Assembly: GCF_021869535.1 (NCBI RefSeq)
Contig: NW_026262668.1
Location: 16,244,001 to 16,308,000 of the forward strand
Length of the DNA: 64,000 bases
DNA from: Mytilus californianus
Taxonomy: Eukaryota
Direction: 5' to 3'
Below the pieces are notes generated by a model. The model was not told where the DNA came from and did not search any database. It saw nothing but the letters and a program-made list of their open reading frames with translations. Each line of letters starts with the position of its first letter. The stretch's first letter is position 1. The translations under genes were made by a program, and so were the position numbers. Positions 48,311 through 58,515 of this stretch are shown in pieces.

Positions 48311-51300
48311 GGGGGGGGGGGGGGGGGGGGTCGGACCTTTATCGGGACTCCGGGATTGTCCATTTTTAAGTTTGGGATTTCGGGAACGAGCAATATAATC
48401 ATCTGGATTTCAGGATTTAGTTTAATCGAGACACAGGATTTCATCCGGGAATTTGGGATTTTTATTTATCGGGACTCTTGTTTGAAGACCAAGAAAACAG
48501 TTAAAAATGATGAACAATGACAACAATGTGTATCAGTAATGACAGTGATGTCATTAATTTGGTTATGGTTAAGTGATCAATAATCCGTAATTAGTTCAAT
48601 AAAGATATCGATTTTGTTTTTTTAATTATTGATTGTCTTCTGGTAGCAGACGAAAAATGAATGATAATGATGATGGTGCAAAAAATGAAATCAAAATTAA
48701 GGGCATCATTGCCTATTACAATGAAACCACAACAATGCCATTCAGCAAGGAAAAAGTTAACATTTTTATAAAACCAGAAAACGCTACCAAATTTGAAAAC
48801 TTGACAGCATTCAAACAATTTATAGAAAGCTATTGTGGTATTAAAGAATCCGCCGTAGAGAAGGGATGAGGCAGTTTCACATTGAAATTGGCCAGACGGA
48901 CTAAAAACGCTGGTGTCTCTACCGAAACCTTCAGTATAAACACACAGCAACAGTGGCAGAATGAGCGCACAATGCTGCAACATTATGATACATCTTCTTT
49001 ATTAGGTAACAGCCTAAATAAAAGCTCTTACCATTATCAAACATTTAATAAGCAAGAGGGGGTACTGGGACTGGGAATTTTCAAATCAATTTTATGTCCA
49101 TGTATGTCCCTACACATAAAAAATATAATTTAATTCTGAATATATTCAAGAAAAAAAATCTGCTAGAATTAATCAAAATCATGGGAAACTAAATGGAGAA
49201 TGTGTCTATGGGCCACAGATGCCCCCGCTTGTAAAAACACTTGAGTAACCTTCCACATACAGATGCAGAATTCACATTATTTAGACTGTATTGTAATTAT
49301 AAGCATATGTTTCATAACATTTGGTGATCTTTGGTTGAGGCAAACTAAAGTTGGAGAACGGAAATAAAATTGAGAATGGAAATGGGGAATATGTCAAAGA
49401 GACAACAACCCGACCAAAGAGCAGATAACCAGCACAAGGTCACCAATTGGTCTTCAAGACAGCGAGAAAATCCCCGGCAACCGGAGTCGGGCTTCAGCTG
49501 GCCCCTAAATAAAAATGTGTACTAGTTCAGTGAAAATGGATGTCAAGCTAAACTCCAAAACAGATGAAAACATATAAATGAACTTAAATTGAAAAACGTA
49601 CAAGACTAAAAAAAGGCCAGAGGCTCCTGACTTAGGACAGGCGCAAAAATGCGGCAGGGTTAAACATGTTTTGTGACTTTGTGAGATCTCAACCCTCCCC
49701 TATATCTCTAGCCAACGTAGAATAAATGTGTGAGACAGAGGACGGTGCGAAAAGAAACCACTATGCCATTGAATTTGTATTCGGATAAGAACTATGAAGG
49801 GGAGCACTCTTGTGTCCAATTGGCAGCAAAAGGAGGAGAACGTTTCAAATGACCAGAGAGTGGATGAAGAATATGATACAGATGATGAAACGGAGGATGG
49901 AGATGATGAGGAGGATAATGGTTTTGTCGATAATCATGACAACACAGAAGTTGCAAAGGAACTCCGATTTATTGTAAATCGTGGGGTGTCGAGATCTGGA
50001 CAGAACTTAAAATTATCATGTCGTTTAACAAACTTTTCATCGCTATGAAAATTAAACTACCCCGGTACTCACTACTGTAAGAGAATCAGTGTTGAAATGA
50101 TATCGGACTTGTTTTCATAATATCTCATACTGGTTTGATACCACTTTCGGATTGACTTTGTTAAACATCACGACGAGTGCCATTAAAGGAGCAGGGACTG
50201 CTTACAAAAATCTAGAGAATCATCATGTATTCCTTGTTATATAAGATAGGAGTTTTGTGTTCTTCAGGGTATATGGTTTGCTGTATTCTTTGATTTGTTC
50301 ATATTTGTTTGTCCATGTTCCCGGGTTTTCATGTGGAGCAGAAACTGCTTACCCTTCCGGAGCACCTGGGTTTACTTCTATTTTGTTTAGGAGTTTGAGT
50401 GGTCCATGTTTCTTAATGTTCGGTGTTCTGTGTTGTGATTGTTCCTGTTGTACCTGCGTTAAATTTTTTCGCAGCGCTTTTTGATTAAAAAATAGTAAAC
50501 CCGAGGACACGATTACACAGAAACAAAACAGGATTAAACAAGGCGCGTCAGCACTGCAGCATAAGATTAGTATTCAAACTAGCCGATTTATTTTAATCAT
50601 TGTGACAGTGTCTTCTAAGTTTTTGAATGTCACCTGGGACTATTATACTAAGGGGACTGGAAACTGATCGATCTGTTGAGATTTCATTGCCCCGATAGCG
50701 GATTACTGATTTTTTGTTTTGATTGACAGCTTATTGTGTAAACTAGCATTCCGTACATGAATGTAAACAATAGATTTCGGCAAACAAGTCAGCATATATA
50801 TAATACTGTTAAAATTGGTGGATTTGAATAAAAAAATAATTATCAAATTAATTAGTGTAAATTCAAAATATATATATTGTTTACGAAAAATTATTAATAA
50901 GTAGTCAATATATTAGTGTTGAAAATAAACCAGATATAGTCGGTATGCCAGCGCTTTACTTGACTGCTAAGAAAACAATGTGTCAAAGGTTAACAGATCA
51001 TGATTAATCCTAAAAACAATAAGTGTGCAATAAAATCAATGTTTACAATTTCAGTTCATAATTTATTCATATACATTTTTTGTAACAAAAGTTACCGGGG
51101 TCTCATAAAGATATAGCATCATTGTTTTGAACTTTTGTGAACTTCGTGTTTACACCAAAATTTCAACATGGCTGTGAACGGGCCTACTTTTGTAGTTCTA
51201 ATTATGGAACCTAGTGTACATATTTTCACAAAGTCATATTCTAATGCCACCAGAAGACCATTACTAAGCAAAATTAACCCTGATTATAATCAAAATATTG

Positions 51301-52144
51301 CACACATAAAAAGAAGTAGGTAATTTTATAGGAACAGTATAATTTATTTGAGCCGTGCATGTGGGTTCCGGTTGTAATGAGAAAGAGATTTATATTCCAC
51401 TTTTTATTTTAAAAAGTGACAATAAAAATAGGCAAATCCAAACTATAACCTTTAAATATGATTTTACAACAAACCGAACTTGCGTATCTCTTTTCAATCA
51501 ACAGTTATAAGAAATTTTATGAATCATATACTTTTTTCCACATCGTCCCCACGCTAATTTCATCCTGAAAATTTCAATCTTCATGTGTCATTTTTTACAC
51601 TTACACTTAAGACAGGATTTGGTGATTAATAACAACTGTCAAAGATCTTTTATCATTATAGTAATCATGTTTATATTAAGGATTATCATTTCGAATAACT
51701 ATAAAATAACAAAACAAATTACCGAAATTTTAAGATCAAGGCACGCTGTCACTGTCAAAACAATATGGCGTATCGATAAACAGCGCAGGTAAAGTCTCGT
51801 TCTAACGACCGTGATGTTGATATTATTACACTGATTGGTGTAACAGTTTCCAGTCCCGTTAGTATAATAGTCCCAGATGTCACAGTCTCCACATATATCA
51901 TTTGTTTTAAACTAGACTCACTAGATTATATTAATAAGATACAGGAAATCTGCACAACAAACTGACTGATTGCTTTGAACAGTATACAATCATTCATTAA
52001 TGTATTTTGTCAAAAAAGCATGTTATTTTATCGGGATTTCAGGATATTGTCAAATAAGACCCAGGAAATCGGGATTAAGCAAAAATAAACTCAGGATTTC
52101 AGGATTGGACCCCCTCCGACCCCCCCCCCCCCCCCCCCCCCCCC
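48311..52144. mobile_element. Element B: 3.8-kb TIR element with G-tract/C-tract termini and a degenerate 9-bp TSD (Mutator-like)
   Basis: G20-TCGGA start and TCCGA-C-tract end; subterminal (c/g)ggattt repeats; flanks ATTTATTAT (48302-48310) and TTCTATTAT (52145-52153); the empty site ATTTATAAT-gatc is preserved in the left arm of element A. Confidence 0.75.
48657..49005 (+). pseudogene. Interrupted reading frame of unknown family inside element B
   Basis: ORFs 48633-48869 and 48882-49133 are in the same frame, separated by one TGA (48867-48869); candidate donor at 49006; acidic remnant at 49794-50048. Confidence 0.5.
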
Positions 52145-52203
52145 TTCTATTATGATCTTTATGAACTTACCTGCTTTCTGTAAATCATTTTCAAGTTATA
52201 AAA

Positions 52204-52375
52204 TACACCTTATCGCTAATCCCGCTTGACCCGTGAATCAGTCCCGCTCGAACTTTTGACGTCATACAACGATCACTTTTCCATTGTGGCGTCAGATATT
52301 TTCTATTATGACGTCAAAATTTTACGGGAACTTGTGTGATGTCAAGTAATGGCGGACAAATAGCGATAAGGTGTA
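52204..52375. mobile_element. MITE with 15-bp perfect TIRs (tacaccttatcgcta) inserted in the right arm of element A
   Basis: Absent from the left arm; consistent with a 2-bp duplication. Confidence 0.85.
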
Positions 52376-54945
52376 TACACTTATAATATAATATTATTTA
52401 ATAATCAATGTTTAAATGTCACCAATATGTGCTAATATTAAAATTTCAAGTGTTATTCGGTCATTACAAGTGTTATTTGGTCATTCGTGTTACAATGTAC
52501 CCGCCTTTCAAGACGTCATAATTATTTGGACTACACCTTCCTCATATTTAAAATTATTTGGACTAGCTCCTTAAGACGTCATGATTAAATTGACTGCAGA
52601 ATGTCAGAACTCATTCCCTCGATCTACGTAAAATTTAAAATCTTACGCTTAGTAATTTTAAATTGTTTCACCTGTGAATGTATGTTGTTTTGCTCCCAAA
52701 AACCCGGAAATCTAATGTAGATTATATAATTAGGAAATCACATGAAAGGGGAGCGGAATTACGGTAGACTCTACGTATCACTAGCCTAGGGTAGTATGAA
52801 TATTTATGAGTTTTATGAAGCAACGCGGGATACGAGATCACGTCATTGGCGCGATTATCTAATTTCACAGAACTATCAGCAAGCGGAAAACAAAAATATG
52901 TTCAGAAGTTCTTAGATATTTCCCAAGATGTAGGGCATATATCACTGGAACAGAGACGATACCAAAATAAGATTTTTGAATACTGAATCAGCTTTAGATA
53001 TTGTGCACAAACACGGCATCTAGGCACTCAAAAGACGATTATTAAAAGGGGGGAGTTACACGCAACGAATGCATACGAGGGCTACCCTATGTGTTACATA
53101 TGAAAACATACAGAAGAGCTATATTAAACCAGCGACAGTAACAGATCCAAATTTTCATAAGGAAAGGGGGGGGGGGAGTGGGGCTGCTCCAGTCAATGGC
53201 ATAGGGACTTCAGTCTTGACTACGGGTCAAATATATGTAATACATTATAGCGTGTCAATCGTCTACATGCATTTAAAAAAACGTATGCCCCTACTGTAGA
53301 CGATTTATTGGCTATATATCTGATCTGTAGTCCAGTCCCTATATATGCTCCAGTCATGCCTGGGTGATTCCCTATATATCCACCAATTTTCCCTACAAGA
53401 GGGGGGTCCAATGCACCCTGCTCACCTCCTAAATCAGTGTTTGAGAGACACATATTCACTTGTATATATGTCTCAGAATAAACCAATGTAAAACCAAACC
53501 TTAGCCTAACTCAATTACTGATTAGACCAATAATTATGATGTCTTGAAAGGCTATTTTATTTTTTTTGGTCATAATTATCTGGACTACTGCTATGATCCC
53601 ATCATTAACATATGGTCGAAGAAGGTGGGGCTAGGGTGTTTGTTTCATCTTGCACACAGTTACAGGGTTTGGTACAGACATCTGGCTGTTGTTGTAAACC
53701 AGACACCCAATTCATATACATTTATTGTACATGTATTTTTGTTTGCAAGAATCTGTACATATATACCCGTTGTTCATATAAATTTCAGAAGAAAATCATT
53801 ACCCATTGATCCATAAATATATATTTTCCAAGCTATCATAAATATAAACTATGACATCTTTAGATGTAACTAAAAACCTGGGTTCTTTCATATTATTGAA
53901 CAAAAACATCAGTACACAATTTTACAGACATCTAAGATTATCATAACATTTAAACATGCTATCTGGTTATTAACTTTAACTGATTTTATAAATTTTTTGT
54001 AGTAATCCTTGCATTCTGTTTATTTTTAAAGGAATGCATTGACCATACAAAGGAATATATGTTTGTTTGCCCTTACCCTACCTACATGTACTCAAAACAT
54101 AGCTGCCTACCCAAATTCTTTTATTGTTCTGATGTGAAAAAGTTTTCTTTTAATCTGATAGGCATGAAGACTAAAACACATCTGACACTTCAATTTCCCT
54201 TTGCTGTGAGAAAAAAGAAGATGCCTACCAACCTACCCACTGTCTCTAAAATGTACTTTTGGGTAGGGTAAGGGCTAACTGAAATATTTATAAGTGTAGC
54301 CTTACAAATGTGACATCAAAATTTATCAGTGTAAAAATTATTTCAGGTTTAAATAGTCTTCTTGAAAACTTGGACATAATGACGTAAAAATCTGCTAAGA
54401 GGTGTGCAAATTGAGCAGGGGATGCCCCACAAACCTTTTCTGTTAGTTAACATTTACAGTGTCCAGTTATGTACCCCTTTAAGTTTATTCTGTCCTTTTA
54501 AATTTGTGAATAAAGGAAGTATCTTTATTAATAATTTATATATATATATGCTCTTATTATGTTCAAAACAACCTGATTACTTTTTGTTTAGTTCTAAGTA
54601 AAAACTAGGAGTAAGGGAATTTTCTGCTAAGGGAATTTAGACATTTTTTTAAAAATTTCAACCTAAGATCAAATATATAAATTTCACTTGTCCACTTAAT
54701 CATGTTAATATGAAAAACTAAAGTGCAAGGAGTATTTATTTATCTACATTTCTTGTTTCAGCAATTGCTGTACCTTTCCAGTTACTTATTATGTGTTGTG
54801 TATTAATTTGACTATAACACTTTTGAGTGACTGGATAGGTTGATAATATTCATCAATTGAAAAAGAAACTGGAGAGATTGGTAATAGTTTTAGACAGCGG
54901 CAATTGAAGGTACACAAATTTAGGTTGTCATATCAGCCTACAAAG

Positions 54946-56160
54946 TCATATCAATAGCCCAGGCTAGTGGTCAATAAGCATGAGTCATCAGACATCAGTC
55001 ATATCAATGGCCTAGGGTAGTGGTCAGTTATCAGGAGTGATCAGTCAACAGTCCTATCAATAGCCTAGGGTAGTGGTCAGTTATCTGGAATGACCAGTTT
55101 ACAAAGTTTACAAACTCATATCACTAGCCTAGGGTAGTGGTCATTTATCTTGAATAACCAAGTAACAAATTCATATCACTAGCCTAGGGTAGTGGTCAAT
55201 TATCTTGAATGACCAGTTAACAAAGCCATATTACTAGCCTAGGGTAGTGTTCAATTATCAGGAGTGATCAGTTTACAAAGTCATATCACTAGCCTAGGGT
55301 AGTGGTCAATTATCTGGAATGACCAGTTAACAAAGTCATATCACTAGCCTAGGGTAGTGGTCAGATATCTGGAATGACCAGTTAACAAAGTCATACCACT
55401 AGCCTAGCATAATAGTCAATTATCTGGAATGACCAGCTAACAAAGTCATATCACTAGCCTAGGGTAGTGGTCAATTATCTGGAATGACCAGTTAACAAAG
55501 TCATATCACTAGCCTAGGGTAATGGTCAATTATCTGGAATGACCAGTTAACAAAGTCATATCACTAGCCTAGGGTAGTGGTCAATTATCTGGAATGACCA
55601 GTTAACAAAGTCATATCACTATCCTAGGGTAGTGGTCAATTATCTGGGATCACCAGTTAACAAAGTCATATCACGAGCCTAGGGTAGTGGTCAATTATCT
55701 TGAATGACCAGTTAACAAAGTCATATCACTAGCCTAGGGTAGTGGTCAATTATCTTGAATGACCAGTTAACGAAGCCATGTCACTAGCCTAGGGTAGTGG
55801 TCAATTATCTGGAATCACCAGTTAACAAAGTCATATCACGAGTCTAGGGTAGTGGTCAATTATCTGGAATCACCAGTTAACAAAGTCATATCACGAGCCT
55901 AGGGTAGTGGTCAATTATCCGGAATGACCAGTTAACAAAGTCATATCACTAGCCTAGGGTAGTGGTCAATTATCTTGAATGACCAGTTAACGAAGGCATG
56001 TCACTAGCCTAGGGTAGTGGTCAATTATCAGGAGTGATCAGTTTACAAAGTCATATCACTAGCCTAGGGTAGTGGTCAATTATCTGGAATGACCAGTTAA
56101 CAAAGTCATATCACTAGCCTAGGGTAGTGGTCAGATATCTGGAATGACCAGTTAACAAAG
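54946..56160 (+). repeat. 55-bp satellite (about 22 units), left foldback arm
   Basis: Unit gtcatatcactagcctagggtagtggtcaattatctggaatgaccagttaacaaa; period 55445 to 55500. Confidence 0.95.
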
Positions 56161-57225
56161 AGAGTTAATGAGACATTACTGACAACCACCCTAGGCTAGT
56201 GATATCACCCATATATGACAACCACCTTAAGTTAGTGATACGAGACATTAATGACAACTACACTAGGCTAGTGATATGAGACATTAACGACAACTACCAT
56301 AGGCTAGTGATATGAGACATTAATGACAACTACCTTAGGAGATGAAATGATACGTTACTGACAACTACAAAAAGCTAGTGATATGACACATAACTGACAA
56401 CTACCCTAGGATGGTGATATCACATAATTATAATTGACAACTACTCAAGGGTAGTGATATGACACATAACTGAAAAGTACTCTAGGCTAGTCAGTGATAT
56501 GAAATAAGTGACAAATTCACTAGGCTAGTGATATAACACACTACTGACAACTACCGTAAGCTAGTGATGACAAAATACTGATAACTACCCTACTGTCCCT
56601 AGGCTAGTGATATAACTTTGTTGTTTTATAATGACAAGTAACGGACAACTACCAGGATAATGATTATATGACACACTACTGACAACTACTCGAGTAGTGA
56701 TATGACAAATTACTGACAACTCCCCTAGGCTAGTTATATGACACATTACTGACAACTACCTTAGGCTAGTGATATATCTGTTGTTTTATAATGACTCATA
56801 ACTAAAAACTACCCTGAGCTAGTGACATTACACATAACTGACAACTACCCTAGGCTAGTGATATAACTTTGTTGTTTTATGACACATAGCTGACAACTAT
56901 CGTAGGTTAGTGATATGACACATAACTGACAACTACCATATGCTAGTGATATAAAACATAACTGAAAACTATTCAAGGCTAGTGATATGACACATAACTG
57001 ACAACTACCATAGGCTAGTGATATGACACATAACTGACAACTATTCAAGGCTAGTGATATGACACATAAATGACAACTACCATAGGCTAGTGATATGACA
57101 CATAACTGATAACTATTCAAGGCTAGTGATATGACACATAAATGACAACTACCCTAGGCTAGTGATCTTACACATAATTGGTAACTACCATAGGCTATTG
57201 TTATGACATTGTTGAATGATCCGAT
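56161..57225 (-). repeat. 36-bp satellite forming the unpaired centre of the foldback
   Basis: Unit gacacataactgacaactaccataggctagtgatat; shares the core with the 55-mer in right-arm orientation; gives the 12-aa repeat ORF 56845-57120. Confidence 0.9.
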
Positions 57226-58515
57226 ACTACCCTATACTAGTGATATGGCTTTGTAAACTGGTCATTCCAGATAATTGACTACTACCCTAGGCTAGTGATA
57301 TGATTTTGTTAACTGGTTATTCCAGATAATTGACCACTACCCTAGGCTAGTGATATGACTTTGTTAACTGGTCATTCAAGATAATTGACCACTACCCTAG
57401 GCTAGTGATATGGCTTTGTTAACTGGTCATTCCAGATAATTGACTATTACCCTAGGCTAGTGATATGGCTTTGTTAACTGGACATTCCAGATAGTTGACC
57501 ACTACCCTAGGCTAGTGATATGACTTTGTTAACTGGTCATTCCAGATAATTGACTATTACCCTAGGCTGGTGATATGTCTCTGTTAACTGATCACTCCTA
57601 AAAAAATTGACCACTACCCTAGGCTAGTGATATGACTTTGTTAACTGGTCATTCCAGATAATTGACCACTACCCTAGGCTAGTGATATGACTTTGTAAAC
57701 TGATCAGTCCTGATAATTGACCACTACCCTAGGCTAGTGATATGAATTTGTTAACTGGTCATTTAAATAATTGACCACTACCCTAGGCTAGTGATATGGC
57801 TTTGTTAACTGGTCATTCCAGATATAATTGACTATTACCCTAGGCTGGTGATATGTCTCCGTTAACTGATCACTCCTAAAAATTGATCACTACCCTAGGC
57901 TAGTGATATGTCTCTGTTAACTGATCACTCCTAATAATTGACCACTACCCTAGGCTAGTGATATGTCTCTGTTAACTGATCACTCCTGATAATTAACCAC
58001 TACTCTAGGTTAGTGATATGGATTTGTTAACTTAACTGATCTGATAAATGACCACTACCCTATACTAGTGGTATGGCTTTGTTAACTGGTCATTCAAGAT
58101 AATTGACTACTACCCTAGGCTAGTGATGTGACTTTGTTAACTGATCACTCCTGATAATTAACCACTACTCTAGGCTAGTGATATAGATTTGTTAACCTAA
58201 CTGATCTGATAAATGACCACTACCCTATACTAGTGGTATGGCTTTGTTAACTGGTCATTCAAGATAATTGACTACTACCCTAGGCTAGTGATATGACTTT
58301 GTTAACTGGTCATTCCAGATAATTGACTACTACCCTAGGCTAGTGATTTGGCTTTGTTAACTGGTCATTCCAGATAACTGACCACTACCCTAGGCTATTG
58401 ATAGGACTGTTGACTGATCACTCCTGATAATTGACCACTACCCTAGGCCATTGATATGACTGATGTCTGATGACTCATACTTATTGACAACTAGCCTGGG
58501 CTATTGATATGACTT
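57226..58515 (-). repeat. 55-bp satellite (about 23 units), right foldback arm
   Basis: Reverse complement of the left-arm unit. Confidence 0.95.

Larger units (their letters stand above)
45907..52533. mobile_element. Element A: DNA transposon remnant with ~330-bp inverted arms; the right arm is split by two insertions
   Basis: 45907-46240 is the reverse complement of 48235-48310 + 52145-52203 + 52376-52533; 45992-46103 vs 52376-52487 identical; outer termini and TSD not resolved. Confidence 0.8.

Noticed and set aside
56845-57120. Cys-rich 12-aa repeat ORF
   Set aside because: Translation of the 36-bp central satellite
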